In this document: positions 1-10,891 of the stretch, piece by piece
Numbering within the stretch: the stretch's first letter is position 1
Layout of the letters: every line of letters begins with the position of its first letter
Source: an uncultured Acidobacteriaceae bacterium
GTDB taxonomy: Bacteria > Acidobacteriota > Terriglobia > Terriglobales > Acidobacteriaceae
Reading direction: 5' to 3'
Assembly: GCA_963837915.1 (NCBI GenBank)
Contig: CAWIPZ010000046.1
Span: forward strand, 469 to 64,468
DNA: 64,000 bases
Made by a program: the position numbers and the translations under genes
The notes under the pieces: model-generated
The model's input: only the letters and a program-made list of their open reading frames with translations
Database searches by the model: none
Told to the model about the DNA's origin: nothing

Positions 1-865
1 GTTTACGTGTACATCGACCCGCGAAACCGTCAACCTTTCTATTACGGTAAAGGGCAAGGTTCGCGGCAATTTTCACACCTCTTGGATGTCAAAGAAGGTG
101 CAAAAACGGCAAGGATCAAGCAGATACAGAAAGAAGGGCAAACGCCAATCGTGCGAGTCGTTGCCACGGGGTTGACCGAAGAACAGGCGTTGCTCGTTGA
201 AAAGACGCTCATCTGGCACTCTCGGGGCCTGACGAACATCGCGACTGGTCACTTCAGTGACAAATTTCCGACCTGCGAATACTCTTCATAGGAAGCTTCC
301 CGGCTTCGATTATCCAAACCAAGTGCATTACTTCAACGTTGGCGATGGAGAACACCGAAGCTGGGAGGATAACGTGAAATATTGCTATCTGGGGGCGGGT
401 CAAGCGAAGGCGTTTCGGGACGCCATACGCAGACTTCATCCGGGAGACATCGTGGTAGCCCGGTTAAACAAAGCTGGCTATGTAGGGGTCGGGCGAGTCA
501 TGTCGGAAGCAACTCCCGCGAGGGATTTTCGAGTCCCAGAGTTTGCTAAGAACGCTTGCGGGAAATTGTTAATTGACATCGTCCAAACTGCCGTCAAAGA
601 CAACTTGGACGATGACATCCGTTGCGAGTACATGATTGCAGTGAAGTCGATCAAGAGTGTGACTCGCGATGGAGCTTTCTGGAAGAGAAATGCAGGTCTC
701 TTTGCACAGCGAGGGACAACTCAGGCCAGTTTGGGCAAGCAACCCAAGACGATAGCCTTCGTTGAACGACACTTTGACATCAATATCGAACAGCTTGCGA
801 ATGACAGGGATGGGAATTCTAAACGCAGGTCGCAGCTACGGGACGGCGATACAAAAAAGGCATGA
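1..865 (+). pseudogene. GIY-YIG nuclease-domain protein, 5' partial at the window edge. It appears frameshifted (around 260-290) into a C-terminal uncharacterised domain.
   Basis: Frame 1 is open from nt 1 and reads VYVYIDPRNRQPFYYGKGQGSRQFSHL (GIY...YxGKG motif), ending at 291. ORF 257..865 in frame 2 continues without an obvious RBS (LPGFDYPNQVHYFNVG...HPGDIVVARLNKAGYVGVGRV). The fusion is inferred from the overlap only. Confidence 0.45.
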
Positions 866-2335
866 AAATCTCCAAATCCAAATTCCTTGCGGGATGCCAG
901 TGCTTCAAGCGCCTCTATTGGCAAGTGCATAAGCCGGAATTCGCGGTAGAGCCGGATGCTGCGACCGAGGCAATCATTCAGCAGGGGCGCGAAGTCGGCA
1001 TGCTCGCCCGCCAGTTGTTTCCGGGCGGCGTCGAGATTCGGAGCGATCGCGGTCTCGACCAGGCGATTCGTGCCACGCGGGAGCTAGTCGCCAACCCGGC
1101 AGATCCCACGATCTTCGAGGGAACGTTCAAGCACCACAACGTAGTGGTGCGCGTCGATATGTTTCATCGACGAGGAGACGGTCGATGGCGGCTCATCGAG
1201 GTCAAGTCGAGCACGGCCGTTAAGGACCACCATGTCGACGATTTCGGCATCCAAAGCCGTGTCGTCTCTGGTTCCGGCGTGGATTTGGCGTCGGACTGTC
1301 TGGCGCACGTCAATCGCCACTACGTATTCGAGGGCGGCTCTATCGATGCCTGGCGGATCTTCAAGATCAGGAATCTGACCCGCCGAGTCGAGCGGTTGCA
1401 GCCGAAGATGACCTTCCAACTCCGGTCAAAATTCACGCCGGTTCTGGCGATGCCGAAGGCTCCCGAGATGCCTCCCGGGCGCCATTGCACCAGACCGGTC
1501 ACTTGCGAATTCTACGACCGCTGCAATCCGCCACGTCCGAAGGATCATATTGGATACCTGCCGAGCTCCCACGCGAGTGCCGCAAAGGAACTGGAAGCAA
1601 TCGGACTCGAGTCGATCCTCGATATACCGGAAGACTTCGATTTGACGGAGATTCAGAGTCGAGCGGCTACAAGCGTACAGACGGGCGATCCGTGGTATGA
1701 CAGCGTAGCCCGAAGGCGGAGCTGGTGACGATGCCATATCCGATCTACTTCGTAGACTTCGAAACCGTAAACCGGGCAATTCCTAGGTTCACAGGGATGC
1801 GTCCTTATAGCAGTTACCCTTCCAGTGTTCGCTCCATTTGCAGACGGAACGAGGGTCACAACCCGAACACCATGAGTTTCTCGCCATGGATGCCAGCGAT
1901 CCCCGGCATGAATTCGTTAGGTCGTTCTAGACGCACTCGGCGAGCACGGAACCATAGTCGTGTATAACGCAGGATTCGAATCCCAGCGGCTCTCAGAACT
2001 CGCCGGGTGGCTGCCGGAATTCTCCGGCCGGGTCAGAAGATTCAGGTCGGCTGTGGGATTTGCTGCCCGTAATTCGCGACCGCGTTTACCATCCGGCGTT
2101 TGCCGGATCGTACTGATTAAAGTCTGTGTTGCCTGCACTCGTCCCCAGGATGACCTACGCGGCATGACCGTGGCGGACGGGCAGGATGCGGGCTGCTTGG
2201 CAGGCGCTCATTCGCGGAACCTTGGACATCACAGAGCAAGACAAGATCAGGAAGGCGCTGCTGGACTATTGCGGACAGGATACGCTGGCGCTGCTCAAAC
2301 TGCTTGAAGAACTTCGGCGGCTGATCTCCGTCTGA
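862..2335 (+). pseudogene. DUF2779-family (PD-(D/E)XK-like) protein, heavily frameshifted
   Basis: The N-terminus MKISKSKFLAGCQCFKRLYW is typical of DUF2779. Family-like blocks continue in changing frames: YPIYFVDFETVNRAIPRFTGMRPY (frame 0), QLPFQCSLHLQTERGSQPEHHEFLAMDASDPRHEF (frame 2), LDALGEHGTIVVYNAGFESQRLSELA (frame 1), LWDLLPVIRDRVYHPAFAGSY*LKSVLPALVPRMTY (frame 2, TGA at 2114-2116), and AWQALIRGTLDITEQDKIRKALLDYCGQDTLALLKLLEELRRL (frame 2, stop at 2333-2335). Confidence 0.75.
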
Positions 2336-2337
2336 TT

Positions 2338-5300
2338 CTAGCTTGTCAGCTTGGAGGTCAGGTCTCGCTTCAATTGCGCGAGGGAAGTATAGCGCTGACG
2401 CTCTATGGTCTCGACCTCGGCCCTTGAGCATTGGATATTGGCAAGGTATGAGCTAAACGATCCGCGATTGCCGACGAGTTCAATATCTCGACTAAAGGCG
2501 AACTCTAAGACCGCTCGGGGGATTGACGAGTTCGTGATGAGGACTGGCTTGAACGTAAACCCGCTGACCCTGATACTGCCGTGAAATGCATCGCAAGAAC
2601 TGATCAATTCCATCAGCATCTCTCTATCCACTGCGTTGGTCCATTGGGTATGTTTACACTGGATGAGCCGAACCTGCGAGCCTTGCTGAGCCACTACGTC
2701 GATCCCGCCATCTCCTGACTTTGGCTCCCCCAAACATTTCTACCGTACTTTCCCTCAATGAGCGCAACGAAAAACTCAAACCTGTCCCACGTCATCTTGC
2801 TTAAGTCATCGACGGTCAGAAGTTGTTGCCGAGGCACCGCTCGACAGGTGGCACCCAACGAGTCCAGCAGTTCTCCTTGGAGGTCTTCGTCACTTGGCAT
2901 CGGTGCAAGGAAGTCCGCAGCTAGCTGTTTTCGGCGCGTGAGAAGCGCATCCAACTTCTCGTCGAATGAGGGAAAGGTACGCTCCGGGTGCTTCGCAATT
3001 GGATAGTACACATGGACGGGTTTAGTTTGCCCAATCCGATACACGCGGTCCGTGGCCTGAGATTCTTTTGCCGGGTTCCACCATCGCCCATAGTGAATAA
3101 CGTGATTGGCTTCAACGATGGTCAAGCCGATGCCTGCGACATCGGGCGACAGAATTAAAACGTTGAAGCCAGAAGATTTTCGAAATGCTTCCACTATATG
3201 GAACGCCGTGAGCTACCGATTCCCCTCCGTCCGTCTTTACTAGAAGCACCGTTAACGATATGGACTGGGAACCGGAAGACGTGTTCAAGTGTCAGAGCGA
3301 GCAACTGCTGCATGTCGATGCTGCGCGTAAAAATGAGCGCCTTCTCTGAGGCGCTCCATATTTTTTTCAGGCAATCGATCACGCTTTCAAGCTTGGGGCA
3401 GCTTCAATCGCATCCTCAGCCGTCGTCGGTTCAAAACGTGGGACTAGTGCCGGGTGCTGCGAAACTCTAATTAGATTGTGGAGGATGGAGAACGGATGAC
3501 TCTCTGGCGTACTGCCTGAGCGCCTATTCAGCAGATCGATATGCCAGTTCAGTTGCGCTTGTGAAAGATCGCTTTCCAAGTAGTGCTCGTGCTTCGGCGG
3601 GAGGTCTAAGACATCCTCCTTGTTGCGCCGTAACAGGTGGGCATCGGACATGCCGAGCTTCAGTCGCTCTCTTAGCCTTGGCAAGTTATTGGTTTGTTCT
3701 GAAGACTCGTAATTGCTTCTAAATTCGGAGGCGCTTCCCAGCAGTATTCCCGGCTGTAGGAAATCGAATAGGTTCCAGATGTCGAAGAGTTGGGTCTCGA
3801 CAGGAGTTCCCGTGCAGGCGATCCGAAATCTTGCGGTCAGTGCCTTCAACGCATGCGAAACTTTTGTGCTTGGTGTCTTGTATTCCTGAGCCTCATCCGT
3901 AACTACAGCAGACCATCTCATTCGTGCAAATGAATGCTGATAGTTCACCACAGTTTCGTAGTTGGTTAGTACGACCTTGTATTTCCGCAGGGCGTCCAGC
4001 CTCAAGGCCGCGTGGCCGAGCGCTGTTTCCCTGCCTTGAACATCAGGGTTTCTAAATTGCTTAATCGTCGGCCCGTGCAACACAAGGAGAGGTTCGAAGA
4101 CAGCGCCCTCGGCACGAAAAAATGAGCGCATATCAGATTCCCATGTCGCGTTTTCAATGAGAATCACTGGAGCGACAACCAAAATTGGGTTCCAAGGAGG
4201 TAGGTACCCGTTGCCGTCCTGCTTGTCTGAAAGGTCGCCCGATTCTATTAGCGACGCTAGAAAAAGAAGAACCTGAAGAGTTTTTCCAAGACCCATGTCG
4301 TCGGCCAACAAGCAGCCGCTTCTGTTTCGATCATAGTTTTTCCGAAGCCACTGAAACCCAATAGTCTGGTGAGGCTTCGCCTCGGGCGTCGAATGCAGTC
4401 GGGACATTTAGAATGTCGCTAGTTTCGTTGCCGCCATCCGCCTCCTGATAGTCCACTTGCGTTTCATTCGTCAGAATCAGTACGTATTGCCCGGAGCGTT
4501 TCGGCTCCTCTGGCTGCATCGGCCTGCTCCCGTCGTCTGTTAGCAATCCGTCGAGTGAACTCTCAAGCGCGGAATCTACCGAAATTGTCCGACCATTCAT
4601 TTCGACAGTACCAACACCACGGCTTCGAGCGTCCGCCACCTGGTTTCTAAACTGTAAGAGTTCTTGCCGCGAAGAAAAACGCACCCGCTCACAGGTGCCA
4701 TCCGTATATCGGCACTCAAGCCCATACTCAGGTGTGCGAGGTGCTACTGGAGGAAGACCATCAAAGATGCCAGTGCGTGCATCAACATACGGCCTGACGG
4801 CAAATGGGAAGTCACCTACTCCGGTTACGCGTGGCCCAAAGGCAAACTCCATCGCACCCGACAACCCATCAAATACCGCTGAGGGATCGCGCATCACTTT
4901 TGCTTTCGACTGTCCACCCAGATGCCTGACTCGTTGGATACGGCGAAGAACCTCTTGTTGCGTGTCGTCGAAAATCACGCGGATACGACCGCCAGCAGGA
5001 TCGTCAACCGCATAAACGCTCTCGATGTCATCGGCAGCAAAGAACGCACTGGTGAGCCTGTCCTGAGGTACGCCCTCAACCTTTGGGACAAACGAGATTC
5101 GCCCACCTGCCTCGGCAACAATATCGACTCCCAGCTTTGAGGGCAGCAAGACACGTTCTGAACTCAAGTCTTGTCGAGTTTCGCGCCTACAGAGCTTGCC
5201 AGACCCTTGATTCGACTGAACTGAAGCAGGGCGCTACTAGTCCGGTCGGCCGACTGAGTGGCATTAAATGAATCAATCGCTTCGAGCAAGTTGAATGAGG

Positions 5301-5709
5301 CAGCATCAAGCCTGAAACAATCGTTGTGAGCACAAACGAAGCAGCCGCGTCGCTCAAATGGTACTGGCGAGCGTCCTTGGAAGAACCGATACTGATACCG
5401 GAAATCGGGCGCTCCCAACCAACGTGTTGACTCCAATTCCAGCGTAAATGGTGACCATTTGCATAGATTCTCGAATGCGTCGATTTCCTGTGATTCAAGC
5501 TCCGCGAACTCCGGGTAGGGTATGCACCAAGTTGTTTCCGACTGCCTGGACCCGATCTCCATATCCTCCAATTGAAGAAGGAGAGCCGGAAGTATTCTCT
5601 CGAATCTGGATACCGTAGATGAGCGTGAGCCTTGGCCATGGGTGATGATGACACCCTCAGTCTCGGCAGTCACTATGACGGAGCCGCTATTCAGTAAAGT
5701 CCAACCCAA
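2338..5709 (-). pseudogene. zorD: ZorD-like SNF2-family helicase with a C-terminal Mrr-type restriction nuclease domain, split into six ORF fragments
   Basis: The fragments are 5709-5164, 5167-4331, 4407-3379, 3382-3194, 3194-2694 and 2733-2338, in frames 0,1,0,1,2,0. SNF2 motifs: KPHQTIGFQWL, LLADDMGLGKT, VVTDEAQEYK. Helicase-C: FNVLILSPDVAGIGLTIVEANHVIHYGRWWNPAKESQATDRVYRIGQ. Mrr-like: FEFFVALIEGKYG / GDGGIDVVAQQGSQVRLIQCKH. An RBS (GGAGAGG) precedes the TTG start at 5709. Confidence 0.7.
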
Positions 5710-5719
5710 TTAGCCTCTC

Positions 5720-7151
5720 CTATGGATGGATGCCGAACTGTGCCAGCAACGTTCTCATCTTGCTCTGCCAGAGAACATTGTGGCTGATTCCTTTTCTGTC
5801 TACACAGTTTTCTGGTTGCTTCAGTTCTTTGATGGCGAATCGGTGATCTGACCAGAAATCCTCCATCAAGTCCGGTACATCCCTGTTTGCGTAGAGAAAC
5901 ACTGCGTTCCCGTATTTGCTGAATTCAACCACTATCACCGAACCGAAATCCAACAAGAATGCGCTTGTATTGCAGTTGTATCCATCCTCCCGAAGTTCCG
6001 CTTCCCCTTGGTGGCCGATTTGCTTGCCAACGGCTCTCGTCCAGAGAGTCGAGAAGTGGTCGCGATCTCTTCACCTTATTCTTGTACTTCAACCAGAAGG
6101 GCTTCCTGCCGTGAGGGTCGTCTCGCGTGGGCAACACATGGTCAAAGAAAAGCTGGATGTCCTCAGCAGAAAGCCACTGGATGACTAGGTCACGTGCGGA
6201 ATTGCTGATCCCGATCCAATTGGTGCCGTTTGCCGGAAGCCGGGGGTCTAACAGCCGAGAGTCGGTCAAGATGAAGGTCTTGAGGCGTTCGGAATGCTGC
6301 TGAGAGGACCGGGTGCAGGCAATAACCAATTGTTGAATGGCAGTCTTGAAAGAACTCGGTCTCCAGTGCCGACTCGGAAGAACCTCTCTAATCACGATGT
6401 CTTGAAGCCTCTCGGCATCACCACCGGAGCGACTGAGCGATTGAGCTACACACTTTTCCAGCACTTGATTCCCAAATTCGGTATCCGGTTCCAACGCCCA
6501 CGCGTTTGCACACGTTTCCCACGGGAACCCATCTCGGAGAATATCCCTCGCGAAGTATTCCGGACCCTCCTGATTCAGGACGTGTTGCAACCCGTATTTC
6601 CATTTCCCAAGCAGGGCATTTCTTGTTTGGTATGTTGTCAGAGCCACAACAAGGTTCCCAACAGAGGGTGAGTTGGCGACGCTGTCCCAGCGCCTATGGA
6701 CGCTGCGAACTAATCCTTGAATGGAACGGGCACTAATTCTTTCCGGGCTCAGTGCTACTGACTGGAATGCAGGCAGAATTGCTACCTCAGTTTCCCAACT
6801 CAAGTATCGGAGGGCTCTGGGAGTGAGTTCGGCAGAACCGCCAGAGCCAACTCTATTCCAGAGCGCAATGTAGTCCGGCGGACACTTTGCGGGTCGGGCC
6901 TTCTTGGGTTCCGATAGCTTGGCGACCGTGGCAAGCAATTTGCCAATTGTTCGAGCAGATGGATTCGCCGGAGGAACGGCGTTGTGCATAGCGCCGTATA
7001 AGCGCTCTAATCCAGCAAGAACTTCCAAGAGAGAACGTGTCTCGGCCATATGACAGACGCTGCTACACCTGATGGCGTTCTTCGAACGAACGAACACGAA
7101 TCTTAAACTGAACGCGGCGACTCCGCTCTTTGTCCTCTTTGCCGTTGCCAT
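5720..7151 (-). pseudogene. zorC: ZorC-like EH-signature-domain protein with one frameshift near 5960-6070. The likely true start is the ATG at 7049.
   Basis: The 408-aa ORF (7151-5925) ends in ...ILVGFRFGDSG. The alternative frame, open from about 6070, reads ...AFLLDFGSVIVVEFSKYGNAVFLY...SHNVLW (E...H signature-like tail) through to 5720. It sits between zorB and zorD in a tight operon. Confidence 0.55.
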
Positions 7152-7743
7152 CGAGTACTGGGTCTCGACTCCCTCGTCCGTTCGCAGACAAGAAATCGAG
7201 AAAACAATTCTTCAATTCAGCATCCTCCTTGCCAAGTGCCTTTAACTCGGCATCCGCATTGCCGAGAATACCTAAGGTCTGTTGAACGACTGCCAAGGAG
7301 CGACTCTGACTCAGTCCTAGATTGTATTCATCAGTTCCATTTGAATTCGTGTAACCCTCTACCACAATCGAACCGATTTCATCGTGAAATCGCTCATTGC
7401 AGGTGATCTTTGCGAACCGGGGCACAAACTCACTCAAGAACTCCTCGCCCTCTATGGAAATCTTGGATTCATTTTCATCGAATTTGAGGGCTTTCTCGGG
7501 AACCAGCACAAGAAGTCCTAAAGGGTCTCTAGGGTCTTGCTTCACGCTTACGCCCTGTTTTTCAAAATCTTTTAGCTCTTGTGTGAGTTTGTCCAGCATC
7601 AAACTGCGCGTGTTTGCGCCTTCCTCCGAAGCATTGTTGAGTGTTGCCACCAGCAAAAGAACGAAGATCACCATCAGCGATGTCATCAGGTCGGTTAGGG
7701 AATTCGACAGACTTCCGCCGCCGCCCCTGCCTTCAGTTGCCAT
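7063..7743 (-). CDS. zorB: ZorB-like MotB/OmpA-family stator protein
   Basis: Single N-terminal TM helix with an Asp just before it (SLTDLMTSLMVIFVLLLVATL). OmpA-like C-terminus (VVEGYTNSNGTDEYNLGLSQSRSLAVVQ). Overlaps the zorA stop by 11 nt. Confidence 0.7.
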   Translation of the reverse strand: MATEGRGGGGSLSNSLTDLMTSLMVIFVLLLVATLNNASEEGANTRSLMLDKLTQELKDFEKQGVSVKQDPRDPLGLLVLVPEKALKFDENESKISIEGEEFLSEFVPRFAKITCNERFHDEIGSIVVEGYTNSNGTDEYNLGLSQSRSLAVVQQTLGILGNADAELKALGKEDAELKNCFLDFLSANGRGSRDPVLDGNGKEDKERSRRVQFKIRVRSFEERHQV

Positions 7744-9712
7744 GTGGAGCCTTCCCCGCCGACCTCGTGGCTAAAACCTCGCTCAAGTCCTGAAGATATT
7801 CCTGTAGCTCGTCCACCGTCGCTCCCAGCCTCTGAGTTGCGGAAGAAAAGTGTTCATCCGATACCTTTATGAGGGAGTCGTACCCCTTTTGGCATAGCTC
7901 CAAATGCTGGCCGAGATTGCGCTCCAATGTCTGGAGCAGCGACGAAGCCGAGGTTTCGACTTTCGCAAAGGTGTACTCGTACTGCTGCATGGCTTGGGAA
8001 ATCCTGCCAATGAGGTTCTGTTGTTCACGGCCTGCCAAAGCGAGGTTCTCCACTTGGGTCGAGGTCAACCCGGCGATCCGCTGGAGGCTGTCCTGAGAGT
8101 CCTTAACGGCCTTTGCCGCGCCGCTCATTGCGGTTGTACAAACGCTTGTGTCCGATACTATTTTTTGCAGTGTTACGAGGATCGAATTGAAATGAGAGGC
8201 AGATGTGTTGAAACGGCTCGCGGATTCCTCAAGTGCTCCTCGAAGTCGGTCGACGGTGTTCAGTTGGCTGGTGTGCTTCTCAATGAGGGTTGCAAGCTGC
8301 TCCTTGCTAGCAACACTCCAGTCGCTGGCATCTTTCAGGACTGCCTTTGCTACGTCGGCGCTTGCTTGCGAACTCTGAGCCATTGTCGTCCGGCTATGTT
8401 CCGTCAGTTCGGTCACACGTGTCGAAAGGTCGGACATCAAAGCCGTCAGCGCAGCCCCCATGTCTTTCACGGAAGACCCGGTGGTCTGCTCAATCTGGGT
8501 CAGCACGGAACGAAGGACGTTCGTGAGGTCTTCAATCTGACTTCGACCAAGCGCCATTTGCTCCGTGGTAGAGTTCTTGGCGAATGTGACAAGCTCGGTG
8601 AGCGCCGATTGGGTAGCCTGATTCTGCGTATTCATCTGTTCGAGGACAGATGCTGTCCCGGCGACAGAGTCCGACAGACGAGCAAATTGTGTCATCGTGC
8701 TACCTGACAGCGACGAAGTGAACTGCTCTCCCATCTTTCCGAGAGAGTCGGCCAGCGAGGTCTCCAACCGCGAGATCATTCCTCCCAAACTTTCGGAAAT
8801 GGTGTCACTCTTCGCGGCCTCGGCCGCCCGAAGTAGGTGGTTCAAATCTTCTACTGCGATAACCATTCTTTCGAGCGTGGGCCCCATGCTCTCACTGAAA
8901 GATTGCTTCAGGCGACCTGCCAAGTCTGCGTTGAATGCCCTGAAGGCAACGGACTGCTCGCCCATATCTTTCTGAAGTTCAACGAGCACGTGCATCGTTG
9001 TTAGTGCCGGAATCACGGCGTCTATCGCATCGGTAAGGTCAGTGACCGACCTATCAAGCTTGTGCAGTTGGGTTTTTTCGAAGATAACGAAGAGCGTCGC
9101 CGCGAGCAACGCGGCTATCGAGGAGACAAATTTTCCCGAGAGTCCCTCGATAAGCAAGTCGATTCCTTCGACACGATTGTTCTTGAGGTGTACATGAAGC
9201 AATGCCACGAGAATTGCGACGAAGGTGACGAGGAGTCCTGTCCCGGCCAAGATTCCGGGAATCGCGTCATACCACTCACGATTGATGTACGCATCGGTAA
9301 CGGACGAACGCTCAAGGATTTCAGAAGCAGGGACGGAGAGCCAGTACTCGTCACCCGACGGTCCGGTTCGGCGAATCACCTTCTGTTGCAGTTGTGTCCA
9401 GCAACGTGAGAACAGTGGTAGCTTCGTGAATTGAAGTCTAATCTGCTCAAGTCCCGTTAGCGTTAGAGCAGTTCCCAGAGTTGTCTTGGGAAGTTTTGCC
9501 AAGGCGGATTGTAGTTTCTTCTCTGATGCTCGAAAGTTATAGACCTTAACGAATAGTGTCGCGGAAGCCCAAAGCGCAGACAGCAGCAGGATCAAAGCTG
9601 CCATCCATGCAAACAGAGGCGCATTTATGCCGATGAATTGCTTTGAGGCAATCAGAAGATTCATTAGGTTCATTTCAGACGAAACCTTCCACGCAGTGCG
9701 CCAGCGACTCAA
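7733..9712 (-). CDS. zorA: ZorA-like MotA/ExbB-type membrane protein with a long helical C-terminal tail
   Basis: Three predicted TM helices, including IPGILAGTGLLVTFVAILVAL and FVSSIAALLAATLFVIFE. These are followed by about 430 aa of low-complexity A/S/T/Q/L-rich sequence that is probably coiled coil. The longest ORF starts with TTG at 9712. The ATG at 9673, preceded by GGAAGG, is a more likely start. Confidence 0.7.
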   Translation of the reverse strand: MSRWRTAWKVSSEMNLMNLLIASKQFIGINAPLFAWMAALILLLSALWASATLFVKVYNFRASEKKLQSALAKLPKTTLGTALTLTGLEQIRLQFTKLPLFSRCWTQLQQKVIRRTGPSGDEYWLSVPASEILERSSVTDAYINREWYDAIPGILAGTGLLVTFVAILVALLHVHLKNNRVEGIDLLIEGLSGKFVSSIAALLAATLFVIFEKTQLHKLDRSVTDLTDAIDAVIPALTTMHVLVELQKDMGEQSVAFRAFNADLAGRLKQSFSESMGPTLERMVIAVEDLNHLLRAAEAAKSDTISESLGGMISRLETSLADSLGKMGEQFTSSLSGSTMTQFARLSDSVAGTASVLEQMNTQNQATQSALTELVTFAKNSTTEQMALGRSQIEDLTNVLRSVLTQIEQTTGSSVKDMGAALTALMSDLSTRVTELTEHSRTTMAQSSQASADVAKAVLKDASDWSVASKEQLATLIEKHTSQLNTVDRLRGALEESASRFNTSASHFNSILVTLQKIVSDTSVCTTAMSGAAKAVKDSQDSLQRIAGLTSTQVENLALAGREQQNLIGRISQAMQQYEYTFAKVETSASSLLQTLERNLGQHLELCQKGYDSLIKVSDEHFSSATQRLGATVDELQEYLQDLSEVLATRSAGKAPHGN

Positions 9713-9839
9713 ATGGGGGATTTAGCTCGCGGCGAACAATCCCAGAAAATGCAACGATACACTGTAGTCTTACCGCCCTAGATGTTGCAATGGGTTTGCT
9801 GCAATGGTCTCTGAGTAACTATGTCCTACGAAGGAGCTA

Positions 9840-10850
9840 TTGCCTAAGCTCTGTGCTTGTGAGCAAATCGTACTTTGCGTCAAGCGGGTAGTCGAGCAGC
9901 TTGCGCGGGGCGAAGTACAGGAAGCAATACAGAATCTTGACCGGCAGGGCCGAGTCCATGAGATTCAAGGCCACGACGAGCGCATCACCGCGATTGCGAA
10001 GGACTACGCAAAATCGCCGGAGAACACGCTGGTGATTTCGCCTGATAATCGCTCTCGCATCGAGATCAACGAGCGCATCCATGCGGAATTGCAGCGGAGG
10101 GGCCTCGTTAGTAACGAGGACCACCGCATCCGGACGCTTCTGTCGCGCCAAGACCTCACCGGCGCAGACCGCACATGGGCCGAGCGCTATCAGGTCGGGG
10201 ACGTGCTGCGCTACTCGCGCGCCTCGAAGGAGACTGGCATCGGCAAAGGCGAGTACGCACAGGTGAAGAGCATCGACGCGCCCAGAAACCGGCTGACAGT
10301 AGAGCTGCAGGACGGTACGCAGCGCACCTACGATCCACGCCGACAGCAGGGAGTCTCGGTCTTCCGCGCGGAGATGCGGAGTTTTTCAGTGGGCGACCGC
10401 ATCCAATTCACCGCGCCGGCCAACGACCTCAGAGTTGCAAACCGCGAGTTGGGAACCATCGAAACCGTCGACGGAGATAGCCGGCTGCGCCTGAAGATGG
10501 ACGATGGCCGCGCGGTCGAGCTTGATACACACAAGCGTCCGCACCTCGACTACGGCTACGCCATGACCAGCCACTCCAGCCAAGGGCAGACTGCCGACCG
10601 TGTCCTCATTCACGTGGACACCGAGTTGGGCGCGAAGGACCTGCTCAACAGCCGCATGGCCTACGTTTCCGTCTCGCGTGGACGCTATGACGTGCAGATT
10701 TATACGAATAATGCACAGACGCTCGGGCAAGAACTCAGTCGCGACGTGTCGCATTCTCCTGCGATTCAGCAAGAACCGGTAGCCCACAAGATAGAACCAC
10801 AACCTACACGCACGAATCAGATTGGTCAGGGTTTCGGTCTGGGTCTGTAG
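9840..10850 (+). pseudogene. 5'-truncated C-terminal (helicase) fragment of a conjugative relaxase of the TraA/TrwC/TraI type
   Basis: Family-typical blocks: ITAIAKDYAKSPENTLVISPDNRSRIEINERIHAELQRRG, HLDYGYAMTSHSSQGQTADRVLIHVD, MAYVSVSRGRYDVQIYTN. There is no relaxase or N-terminal helicase part upstream, and the ORF begins inside the domain. Confidence 0.65.
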
Positions 10851-10891
10851 TGTTACATTCCGAAATGACATCCCTCGGATAGCCAGAGCGT

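Noticed and set aside
7049-7151. 89-nt overlap between the zorB 3' end and the longest zorC ORF
   Set aside because: This is probably an artefact of taking the longest ORF. An in-frame ATG at 7049 (MAETRSLLEVL...) starts 11 nt after the zorB stop and is the more plausible start.
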